Source: Rhynchopus sp. YZ270_cl-10 (Eukaryota). Taken from it: a DNA stretch of 64,000 nt. A program made the translations under genes and the position numbers. Under the pieces are notes generated by a model. The model saw only the letters and a list, made by a program, of their open reading frames with translations, ran no database searches and was not told the DNA's origin. This document shows positions 38,496 through 50,200 of this stretch, piece after piece (positions within the stretch are counted from its first letter, which is position 1; the number at the start of each line of letters is the position of its first letter). The stretch lies in NCBI GenBank assembly GCA_964035575.1, contig OZ037845.1:1550001-1614000 (forward strand). The letters are read 5' to 3'.

Positions 38496-38777
38496 ATGTG
38501 GGGAGCCTGTGGACAAAACGAGCTGGAACACGCCGAGCCTGCCGAGCTGACGTCAAACAACGCTATCGAGCAGATGGTGCTGGACGAAGAGGACAGCCCC
38601 CCTTCTTTAACGTTTCAGATGCTGGCGTCCCAGTGGGTCTGGCAGCTTACGAAGAGCGTTAGCATACCTGCAGAAGAGCAGAATGCTGGGCGTGTTGTAG
38701 ATTATTTCTACAGGATGGAGTTCCACATCACACCCCGTTTTTTTTCCGATAGCAATTACTTGTTGAATTTTTTGTAA
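38496..38777 (+). CDS. Small hypothetical protein (93 aa)
   Basis: GC-rich coding-like segment on the gene strand; no recognisable domain. Confidence 0.4.
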   Translation: MWGACGQNELEHAEPAELTSNNAIEQMVLDEEDSPPSLTFQMLASQWVWQLTKSVSIPAEEQNAGRVVDYFYRMEFHITPRFFSDSNYLLNFL

Positions 38778-38958
38778 GAAAACCTTGAAGTCACCCCCCT
38801 CCCTCCGACACAATCCTTCCAGAGCGAGACACTACACTACAGTCTTATTACACCTTTCCCTCTTTTTGGGTACTTTTTTAAAAGGATTTACAATTTATAC
38901 CCCCCACAAGAACACGCAGCAGCGGACGCGGAGTCCGTCCCCTGCCACTGCCCCGGGC

Positions 38959-41886
38959 ATGGCCATAGTCGAGTACGACGACTCCTCCAATGATGACGTT
39001 TCCATGCCCAACCACGCTGTGTGGATGCCCCAGGACAGACGCTGGCGTGACCGCGGACCCTCACGCTTTCAACGCAACCGACGTATGGCCTACCCCCTTT
39101 TACCCACTCAGTTTGCCTTCCTCATACACGACGCCTCCAGCGTGGCGTTTCGGATTTTTTTTTTGCATTTTTTTAGGTGACAAACTACGGCTCGCATTTT
39201 CTTTTTTTTCAGGCTCGAAAGAAGCAAACGCAAAGCAGTCGCATGACTTCCGATTTATTGGTGCGGTGGCAATGCTTCTCTCGACGGGGTGGCTGTACCT
39301 GCACTATGGTGTCAAGGCAAACGTTGCTGAGATGACAGGGAACAGCCCTGGTGGAAGGCGTGACGAATTCTACCAAGGCGATGCTGCCGAGATCCGCAAG
39401 CTACGTGAGGAGCTGCACACCGCGAACAAACACATCGAAGGCCTCGAACGCGCCGTCAACCTCAAGCCCATCGACCCGCAGCTCGCCTCAGACAACGAGC
39501 AGGCTGTGCTCCGCGAGCTCACACCCAAAACCACCACACACCAACCCCCCGCCGTCTCCTTCCACCAGCAGGCCGACCCCATCAGCTCCTCTCTCGACCG
39601 CATCGCAGCGAAGGCCATCAACGACACCATTGTGCTGTCGTTCTGCTCAATCAAATACCTACAACCTATGGCGAACTGGCTGGCTGCGCTCAACAAACAT
39701 GGCATCAAAAACTGGGGCATCGTCTGTCTAGATCAGCCCATGCGAAAATGGCTACAAGAGCACAACACAGAATGCGCGTACTTCCTGAAGGGCTGGAAGC
39801 ATGGAGTCTACGACCCTGAAGAAAGCAACGTCGTCTGCGACAAGCCCGGCGAACACGAGGCCATGAGTCTCTCGAAGTGCAAAGCAGGCTGCGTCAACGA
39901 CGTAGACTGCGCCGCCATCACATATGTCCAAGCAAACAAAAGCTGTGCCCGATGTCCAGTATGTTTTTCTTTAACCCACTCTTACCACCGAAAATCATCA
40001 ACAGGAAAACTACCAACGGACCACCACCACTGGGTACGAATTGCATCACAAGAGAACCACCACCACCCTCTGGTATGCCGCTCTATTTCTATGCAACTTT
40101 TTGGACTCCAACCCAATTCAGGTTTGCCCGCTGGAAGCTGCTTGTACGTCTTCTTGACATGGGCATCAGTGTGATGCTGGCAGATCTTGATGCGATCTTC
40201 CTGCGCAACCCCATATCGTATCTGAGCTCCCTGCCGCATGCAGACCTCATCACACAGCGCGGGTCGTTTCCGAGCTGGCTCAGTGCGAAGTGGGGGTCTG
40301 CGCTGTGCATGGGGTTTGCTTACTGGCGGGCGACCCCGGCGACACGGCGCTTTACGGTGATGATGAACAAAGTGCTTCTGAAGACGGGCGACGACCAGAT
40401 CGGTGTGAACGTGGCGCTCGACAAGGCGAACATCGTCTGGGACGAAGGTATGACGACCTTCAGCGACTCGCGCAACTACAGCTACGGGAGCACGGAGAAG
40501 GGCCTGCGGGTGGCGATGCTGCCGCACAGCATGTTCCCACGCAAATGCGACGACACACCCATCGAAGACTTCGAACGCGATGTCCTCGTCGCACACTGTT
40601 TCGCAGCACAGAAATCAGGCGAAGCCAAAAAGGAGAAAGCCAAAGCATTCAAGCTGTGGGTCGTACAGGTACTGTTTAAAACGGGTTGGTTCTTGGTTTT
40701 CTACACTAGTGTACCTCTGAGAGAGTTTTGATAACCAGAATGGTGTGGCCCGATTTCTGGTTTTGCGTGTCTCAAGAATGGCCCAAGAATGGCCCAAAAG
40801 TGGGTTAAATCGAGGGGGGGTCCCTTTTTTAATTTGTTACCCGGTGTTTTTTTTGGGGTGGTTTTCACGCTAGGTCTGACCCGGAGGCACCTCTGCATAG
40901 TGACTGGAGGGGAAATTTGGGGTGGTCCGAACCTTTCGGTTAGGAATAATTCACAACACGGTGGCTAAAATCGGGGTTTTCCGGGAAGGGATACCCTAAG
41001 GGGGAAACCGATTGACCTTGAGTCCTCCTTGGCTTCAAGGAGCCAGACAGTTCACCTCGGGGGGGCACATGGCGTGCCCTGGCAGAATAATCGGGTTGAG
41101 CCTGTTAACTGCTGTGCCACAGTTGGTCCAGCTGGTCACTTTATTCCCGATATTCGGGAAGCCAAAAACCGTGAGGGACCGATAATGACTTTTTTCCTTT
41201 GTTAAGGCGCCCCTACGCATCCACTGTACTGTACTCCCAATCCCCCGTCTATGCTGTGTATACTGTGTATACTGTGTATACTGTGTATACTGTGTATACT
41301 GTGTATACTGTGTATACTGTGTATACTGTGTATACTGTGTATACTGTGTATACTGTGTATACTGTGTATACTGTGTATACTGTGTATACTGTGTATACTG
41401 TGTATACTGTGTATACTGTGTATACTGTGTATACTGTGTATACTGTGTATACTGTGTATACTGTGTATACTGTGTATACTGTGTATACTGTGTATACTGT
41501 GTATACTGTGTATACTGTGTATACTGTGTATACTGTGTATACTGTGTATACTGTGTATACTGTGTATACTGTGTATACTGTGTAAAGGGCAAAAAAATTA
41601 AAAAATACACCTAAAAAAACACGGCTCAAGAATGGCCCAAGAATGGCCCAAAAGTGGGTTAAATCGAGGGGCGGGCCACACCACAGAAGCGATATATTTC
41701 ACTTCGAACTTCTAAGGTTCATCTTATACACTTTTCCGCTCTAAAAGGCAAAGAACGATCATAACGATTTCAAAAACACACAACTACATCACACACCACA
41801 CCACCACATCACAGGAAGGATGGGAAAACCTCCCAGTCATGCCCGTCTTCGAAGACTACCTATCATCGCTTCTGCTGAAGGACTGA
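38959..41886 (+). CDS. Type II membrane nucleotide-diphospho-sugar transferase (GT77-like) with PAN/apple-like insert; exons 38959-39082, 39213-39958, 40005-40072, 40122-40668, 41815-41886
   Basis: TM anchor, coiled stem, MANWL..IVCLD, LADLDAIFLRNP (DxD), LCMGF, DDQIGVN, AHC; all four GT-AG introns restore frame. Confidence 0.85.
40741..41683. mobile_element. TGGTG..CACCA element with 5-bp TSD inside the last intron of the glycosyltransferase
   Basis: TIR TGGTGTGGCCCG / CGGGCCACACCA; TSD cagaa (40736-40740, 41684-41688); 47-bp direct repeat 40771-40817 = 41625-41671. Confidence 0.88.
41254..41584. repeat. Microsatellite (CTGTGTATA)x~37
   Basis: Perfect 9-bp tandem repeat. Confidence 0.98.
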
Positions 41887-42507
41887 GGGAGAAGCAACAC
41901 TTACCCGTTTGTCTTTGGTCTTTGGGAAGCCTTTTCGGAAAACCCACAGAACGACGTCAAAGGGGTTGCCAATTGTGTGTTTTTATGCGAGCTTTTATAA
42001 GACGCACAGAGGCTTGGGGTCCCTCAACAGGCACAGAGACAGCCTGAGGGGGAAGGGGGTGTCCAAAGTTAACCAACATAACAGCAATCTGCCACCCAAA
42101 AGAGAATGACAATCCTTCAGAAAGCCATATAAACGAGACGTACTCTGGTTTCTTCCCATGGATGTTTTCAAAAGGTGACTAAACACGAGAGGCTTAGCTT
42201 CATCTTATAAACTATTCTGTTTTTTCCCCCATTCAATGGGAGGTGTATTTGGGTGTCAAAAACGGTGACATTTCACTTACCAATCTGTTTTGGCTTGGGG
42301 TAGGGCTGGGGGGAGGTACGTTACCCTTCCACTATCTGAATTTTATTCTTTACCTAGTGAAAGGTGACGGAGCCCCAAGAGAAGTGCCCAGCGGAGTTAA
42401 AACATTATTTTGCTAAAGGGTTGAGTGACAAAATAGCATCTTTTATTAGTGACTGATCAAATGCAAGACATACAGTTAAACAAATTTGTCAAATAATGGA
42501 GGATTTA

Positions 42508-42967
42508 TGGTGCTTCCCGGGGGGTGTGCATTTCACAAATTTTCACAAAATGTGACAAGTTTTCACAAATTTTCACAACACGAAAACCGCTACAAAATTG
42601 TGAAGGCTGGTGGAAAGTGGTGAAAAATTGTGAAAAAATGTGAAAAGTTGTGAATTGATTTTTTTTTTTTGTGTGCTTTTTTTTTGGGCGGGGTGGTGAC
42701 CCACCCATTGAGGGGTACGCTGGGATTCACAAGATAGAACGTGATGTGGTGTACCTGTGTACCTGTGTACTGTGTGATGTGCGGAAATGACGAGAACTTG
42801 TCCATTTCGGCAAATTGACCCCACCACTGGCCGTACGGATTCCGGAAATGCAAATGCCGGCGTTTAAGAGCTTCACCAACGAGAGAAAAAAAGGGTAGTG
42901 AAAAGTTGTGAAAAGTTGTGAATTGAATTGAAAATTTGTGAAATGCATACCCCCCCGGGAAGCACCA
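42508..42967. mobile_element. TGGTG..CACCA element with 5-bp TSD
   Basis: TIR TGGTGCTTCCCGGGGGG..GCATTTCACAAATTTTCA (~38 bp); TSD attta (42503-42507, 42968-42972). Confidence 0.88.
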
Positions 42968-44978
42968 ATTTAGAGGGTTTTCTTTTTTGGCAGCTTTTTT
43001 TGGTTGCCAATATTGCTTTGTCCTACTGTAGAGCAAAGTAGCCAATACTCAAGAGCACCTTTCACCTCACCACTCCACAAGCCCCGCTCCATGGGAAGCG
43101 GTGTCATGTCAATTCAACATTTCTATTCAAAGGGGATAGGGGGAGCGGGGATGGGTATTATGGAATAAGTGTTTTTTGGATGAAACGCTTAGTTTAAGCT
43201 GTGTGTGCGTTTGGTGTGGTTTTGTTGTTTTTTCAGTGCCCTGCGTCCGCCGATTGAACGGTGAGGCGTTTTGCACTTCAACTTCTTTGTTTTTTTTGCG
43301 GGGAAATTACGAATCTTAGTTAAGATCTTAGTTTTTGGGTGGGTTTTTTTCGCGAGCCAAGGTTTTCGCAAGCCAAGTCCGGGGCCAAAATATCTTCTCT
43401 GGCTCAGATTGTCCCGATCTTTCAAACAACGGTTTCGATTTGGGAAAAAAATATCCAAGGGGCGGGTCATGCCTGCAAGCGTAGCTTAAAGGAGAAATGG
43501 TTCCTCCGAGAGTAATTGAGCAATCAATGAATAAGAACCTTTTCTTCCCCCCTTTTTACTTACCTACTCAGAGTTACTACCTTTTTAAAGAAGGGATGTG
43601 ATCCCTGTGGGATGCCATTCCTCTTTGAGAGCTTTGGGGTTCTCAAACAGCTGCTATGGTGCTTTCTTTAGTCTTGAGTTCATCTTACCGAGTTTGCACG
43701 TGGACACCACATTTGAGAGAGGCTTAGTCCAGATTTTTTTTTTTCACCGACCACATGCAGTGAAGCCCAATGGCAGGAGGGGGGTTTTTTGTGGTCGTAC
43801 CTGAACGGCAGTGTGCAAGGAAGCATTTTTCTTCTTCCTCTCTAGTCTGGAAACGAAAGAAAAAAAAAGAGTGTAGCCAAGCTTTGCTGCAGGGGGGTGT
43901 GCAAGAGATATTGTTGATGTGCAGCAGAAGTGTCTGTACATGAAACAGAAGCTCGCACCACATTAAAAAAGAAATGAAATAAAAAAGAAAAAAAAATACT
44001 GGAGCGTCGTGCGTGATAGCTTTCCCTAATAGATTACCCAAAGACAACCACCCCTGTCTTTGCCATCAATTTGCCGCCGTTCATTTGCCTTTTGATTTTA
44101 TTTATCAACCACGTTGTCTTTCTTTTTTGCCTCCTTGAGTTTGAGATGTGTAGAAAAGCAATGGGTTCTTCAGAGCGGAGCATTGTCTAGAAAATGTGTG
44201 TACAATATTATGTTTTTGTGGTGATCCCACCCCACCCGAGAAATTCACCCCCTCCGGGATATTTTTTAATCAAATAACCTCGAGAAACACGGTTGCTGAA
44301 TGACATGATAGCACATCAGCTGGCATGTTGTTTTGTTTCCTTTTTTCGAAAAGCTCCTCGAAAAAAAAGCACATTTTTTACGCACACTACTTTGTGAGCG
44401 GAAAGTGTCACGTCGTTCACTCACCCAACCGTGCTCCGCAACACCACCACCCAACAGGTGATTTTTAGTGTGTGTGGAAGCGTCAACGCATCAAAGAACT
44501 ACAAGAAGGGGGGTGAGGGAACGACAAGTGACACTTTTGACTTTGCGCCGGTGCACAGTGAGGCATTCATACTTTCAAAGAGATGCCCAAAAAGACTCTG
44601 ATAGTGGAGATTGGCTACACAACCGAGGGAAACTACACTACTCCAACAACTTATCTAAAACCTCATGATCAGGCATCTGTATTTTTTGAAAGATATGTGC
44701 AGAGGAGGACATTCAACTCTTTCAAGTGTACCCCCTTATTTGTTGCTTCCCATGCGATTTTAAGTTTGTGCTGTTTTCATTTTTTGTTGAGGGTACATTT
44801 GTCGCACCCTCTTTGCTTTCTTTTCATTTCGGTTAAGAAAAGAAAGTATATGAAATTATTTTTTGTTTGCTTGTATATAGCTGCAAAAGACCCTACCATC
44901 TACACCCCCCCTTTCACCTCAAAAGGTACATTTTTTTTACCTGCATTTTAAACAAAAGAAACTTCACCTTCTTTTTTA

Positions 44979-47112
44979 CTGGGGGGGGGCGAATATAAGA
45001 AAGGGTATCTTATAATATGCGTAAGAATTAAGCGAAAATGAAGGTTTTAAAAAATTTAATTTAAATTTTTTAATTTAAGAAAGGGTATCTTATATTCAAC
45101 TTTATTCAACTTAAACTACAAAACATAACCGAATCCCCGTGTTTCTACCAGTTTAAACGCCGGCATTTGCATTTCCGGAATCTGTCCGTCCAGTGGTGGG
45201 GTCAATTTGCAGAAATGGACAAGTTCTCGTTTTTGGTCAATTTCCGCACAGTATACACAGTATACACAGTATACACAGTATACACAGTATACACAGTATA
45301 CACAGTATACACAGTATACACAGTATACACAGTATACACAGTATACACAGTATACACAGTATACACAGTATACACAAGGGGAAAACTCACTTTGTGGGCG
45401 CCGCAGGCGCACGGTACGCGTCTTTCGGGATTTTTTTCCAGCCCCGTTCTGTGCGTTCTTTTGACTCAGCGAGTCGATTGCGTTCAACGGTGGGGTCACA
45501 CATGGGTATGCAAGAGTGGAGGCGCGTCAACAGGGGGAGTGGAAAAAACCTCAAGGTAAAAAAATGTTTTTATACACCATCCCTAAAAAAAGGGTATTAT
45601 TTAGCAGTTTGTTAGCATTTTTTTGATAAAACAACTTGTTGTCAATTCTAAAAAGATTGGAGGCAGCGCTGCAGGGCAAACAAAACGGATTGAAAAAAAC
45701 AGAAGCTTGCTTGTTTTCTTTGAGTACTCAATTAACCACAACAACCGTACTTCAGTTTCACACATTTTTTTCACCTTTTTGTTTTCCCGGCTTTGAGCGC
45801 ACAAACAAAAGACCCGATCTTTTTTATCAGTGAAATTTGCTGGTTTTAGCCACACCAAACTAGCGATTCACATAAATTCACAAAAGTTCACAAAAATTCG
45901 CAACACCTGCACGAAACATTCACAAACATTCACATAAATTCACAAAAAACCACACACCCGTGTATCACGTGTCTTTTCGCCTCGTTGCTTTATAATTTGT
46001 GGTGGGGTTTTTGGCCGGGAAATATGCATCGTCCAAAAAACACCGGCATTTGCATTTTTGGAATCCGTCCGTCCAGTAGTGGGGTCACTTTGCCAAAATG
46101 GACAAGTTTTTGGTACATACGCAGATACTTACACTGAGTGACTTCACCATCGTGTTGTCACTTAGCAAGCCAACATGGGAAAAGTGCGATGATGGGTCGG
46201 GGTGGAAGCTTAACAAGGTAATGGGTCTTGTGAGAGTGGAGGGTGACGGCATTTGCTTGTTTCATGGTATGGTGATACACAGTGATTACAGCTGCATTTG
46301 CAACATGTAATAGAAAGTGAATGTACTCGTCGCTTGCACCGAAGCCTCCTTAAAAAAAAAGGAGGCAATACACAGAAGTATCAATGGGAATATATCAACA
46401 TCAAATAGCCAGCAACACAGCGCCGCAGGCGCACGGTACGCTACTTTTTTAGTTGTAGAGGGCAGCTGATGATGGTGCAGATGTTCTGCATCGTCACTCA
46501 GTCCCCTTGTTTCGCTTTTTTGGGTATAAGCGAACGATGATGCAGGTCCTCTTTCCCTTTGCCGAAAACCTGCAGAAAGACGTCAGCATGCTGTCTCTGC
46601 AGAAAGACGAGATATGCCCTCTGAGACGAACATTATTATTTTTTTTTAGATTTCCAAAATCTGTTCGCACGCATGACACTAAACAATAATTTTAATTGTG
46701 CTACCCTAAGAAAATAAGCTTTGGGCGTATGTGAGTTGCCCTTGGGACGCCCTAATATGTACAGAGTCTTTAGATAAAGCTCAAAGTTTAATATAAGATA
46801 CCCCTATCTTATATCACACATTCTCCGAAATTGCGTATCATTTTTCAGATTTTTCACTCACTCGACCCAGATGCATATTTTTTATCGTCCGACCCCGGAA
46901 TTGAACATTTCGAAACCGCGCTTTCAAAAGAAATAAAAATCTCAAAAAAATAAAAAAAATCTTTTCTTTGAAATCACCGCGAGAGTTAAATATAAGATAC
47001 CCCTTTCTTATATTAGAGGTAAAAAGAAATGAAAAACGCCATTTTCCAACCCTTTCTTATATTCGACCCCTTTCTTGTATTCGACCCCTTTCTTATATTC
47101 GGCCCCCCCCAG
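44979..47112. mobile_element. 2.1-kb TIR element with TA TSD (Tc1/mariner-like, non-autonomous) with nested repeats
   Basis: TA|CTGGGGGGGGGCGAATATAAGAAAGGG ... CCCTTTCTTATATTCGGCCCCCCCCAG|TA; subterminal repeats of the aatataagaaaggg motif. Confidence 0.78.
45247..45376. repeat. Microsatellite (CACAGTATA)x~14, reverse complement of the 41254 satellite
   Basis: Perfect 9-bp tandem repeat. Confidence 0.97.
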
Positions 47113-47259
47113 TAATCTCAAATAAAAAAAAGCACGCCCCTTTTTCCTCCCGGATACACTCCGTTCAGGCGGTACCCACTCCAAATCTGTGATCAACACC
47201 ACACCACACACAATCTCTTTTTGCAGACCTTTTGAAGACTTTATGGATAAATTGGAAAA

Positions 47260-50200
47260 ATGAACGAAGTGTTTGATTTGATAGACAGCGACGGCAGTGG
47301 TGGCATTTCGCTTAAGGAGGTTGAGGCTTTTAACTCCTGTTTTGTTGAGCCGATAGAGCCTACGACATTGCATGGGTTTTACACAGAAGCTGATACGGAT
47401 GGTGACAAATCCATCAGCAGAGATGAGTTCCGCATGCTGTGCAGGAAGATGCAGCTGTACGCAAGCCTCTCCTCCGCTGAGATGATTGAACGCTTCAAGA
47501 AGCACTGCTATGCACAGCTCTTTGACATTGTCGACCAGGACCAGGGTGGCACCGTAACCAGCAATGAACTTCTCAAGCTTGTTCTCTTGGTACGTACAAA
47601 GCTGCGCCTCACAGTCACCGATGAAGAGGTGCGCACCGTACGAAGGAAGTGTGGAATGGAAAATCAAAATGACATAGGTCGCGACCAGTTTGCGACGTTG
47701 GTCAGCGAGATCACCAAAGACGTCCCTATCTCTCATGTCCTGCACGCATTCAGCGCTGCACAGCAGGCCGCACAGACGCAAATCACCAGCGCCTTTGCAG
47801 AGTTCTTTAAGTCCGGCGGGGCTGCCTCCTTTGTCAAGAAGGCTGCCTCACCGGTGAAGCCGCCCAACAGAGAAGGCTTTCTCCTTGCAGAGGAGCCCAC
47901 CGGAGTGCCGAAGACACCTTCCGCTGCGGCATTAGCCTTGGGGATAGGGCGCTCCTTCCCAGAGGCGGGGGGGCAGGCCCAGAGGCCGAGGGCACGGTCG
48001 GTGGCAGCGATGGCAGCGGCCACGGAGGGGAAGGTGTTGCCGCCACCACCACCTGTGGCGAAGGTGCCACCGCCTCCTGTGGCTGCGCCCAAGGTGGAGG
48101 TGGAGGTGGGGGTGAGGGTGCCACCGCCTCCTGTGAAGGTGGTGCCACCTCCGCAGCCAGTGGTGCCGCCACCTCCTGTTATGGAAAAGGTGGTGCCACC
48201 TCCGCAGGGGCGCGTGCCTGCAGTGGTCAAAGTGACGCCGCCTACGCCGCCTACGCCGCCTGCACCGCCTGTGGCGCCTGTGGCGAAGGTTGTTCCACAA
48301 ACAAAGACCGCGGCGCCTGTGCAGAGACCACCGGCACCGCCTGTTGTGGCTGTCGTGCCGCCGGTGGTGGCGCAGCAGCAGCCCCGTAGCGTGCTCGCAG
48401 TGGAGATCCCCGTGTCGTCTTTTGAGGCACAGTTCGCCTCTGTCGTGGAAGAGCCCATCAAGGACGCAGAGAGCTGCTCCAGTGAGGAGATGGGGGCCAC
48501 AGTGGCGCAGGAGCACAGCAGCCCAACGCATGCAGTCGGTGCTGAGGACGAGCAGGAGGTATGGTAACATAGTTTGGGGGGTATTGCACTGCATTCTACC
48601 TACACCACACACAGGCTATGGACGAAGAGGCTGCCTTCTTAGAGTCGATCTTGACTCCCGTCAAGCGCGACGCAGATGTCTTCCCACACCACTCACCGGT
48701 GCTTGTGTCGCCCGAGACGCCGGAGCACAACCGCTCCCCGACGTCGCCGCAGTTCACGCCATCGCCGGGGCCGGTATGTTGCACCACACTTTACCGAAAC
48801 TGATTGCAAACCCTCACAGTGTGCAGTGCTCTTTGTGAAGCCGATCCCGCATTTGAAGGGAAGGGACGCAACGGAGCGTGCAACAAGCTGGCTGACTGCG
48901 TGTCTGGAGCGCTTTGGTGGTGTTCTGAGCATGTCTGTCGTGCCGCGGGAGGGCTATGCGCGTGTCGCCATGGAGTCTGCGGCGGTGGCGTCGCGTGCGG
49001 TGGCGGCAAGCGAGCGCAACGAGCTGCCGTCGTACACACGCAACGCACGCCTGCAGATCACCTTCCTCTCGCAGTCAGGCCCACATGCTGAGGGCATCGT
49101 CGAGGACGTGCCTGGGGAGGTAGGGCGCGACTACGACCACCTCGAGGTCGATAGGGGGTCGCTCTCCGTGTCGCCGTTCCGTGCACACAGCAGCCGCAAC
49201 CTTGGGGAAGCGCTGGACCTGCTCCCCATCACACCGATGGCACATCACACCGTCGCGCCAGCGCAGTCACCACCAAAGAGCCGTGCAGATGTTATCCAAC
49301 CCAACACTATGGAGGACACATCCTGTGGTGCGGGCCTTCGGGCCTTGGTGCGTTCACTACCACGTGGCGACCTTTGCCTACGTCCAGGTCTTGACCTTTT
49401 ACTCCTGTCGCACGACGGCATGGCGCGTGCCCTGCCTACAGGAGTCTGTGGGCTGGACCCCTGCTACGTCCTCCCGCCATGGTTCCAAGGCGCCCGCGAA
49501 AGCATCGTCCCTCCACGGCCACAAGGCGAGCCGCTGTCTCCACTGCACCCTTCACCACGACGTCACAACGACAGTGCAGAGGATCTGTCGCCACGGCTGG
49601 TCCTTCGCGAGCCCTTCGAGGCCGCGTTGGCACAGCACCCAGCCGGGTCGCCGCACAACAGCACCCCTATGAAGGCATTGTTCTTCCCTGACGACGAACA
49701 GCATGTGGCTGATGAACCTGTTGAGCATGACGGCAATAAGAACATCTGCATTGCGGCAGCGATAGCAACTGTTGTGGAGGCTGCAACGGCGTTTGAAGGG
49801 CCGTTCATGCAAATTGACGAAGCGGAGGCACCTATCCTCACGACCCCTGAGAAGCAGTCTGGCGACGGCCGTGCGCAGAAGCCTGCAGAGGAATGCGACG
49901 TGCGGGAAGCTATCATCGCACTGCGCGACAAGCGCCACGCAACACGGTCGCTCCTGAAGCAGCAGATGTCCGACATAGGCGACGCGAACCTCTTCAGCAG
50001 CGTGGCGTCTGTCGTCGACACCTCCGCACCGCCACCACCTCCACCACCACCACTACGATACAAAAAACGCGTCAAACCCAAATCCGCTGACAAACTCGCG
50101 TCTAGCCTCAAATACACTAAACCTGCGTACAAAGCCACCGAAAACCCTACTCTGGTCAAGGGCGAACGGGCGTTGGAAGCATGCGAGCGTGGTGTCGCTG

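Noticed and set aside
41035..41629. ORFs with CIL, YTV or QYT repeats (also at 45116-45615)
   Set aside because: Microsatellite translations; the first lies within an intron.
41762..41780. taacgatttcaaaa resembling a euglenozoan spliced-leader start
   Set aside because: Match is too short and lacks the conserved TTTCTGTACTTTATTG-GT portion.
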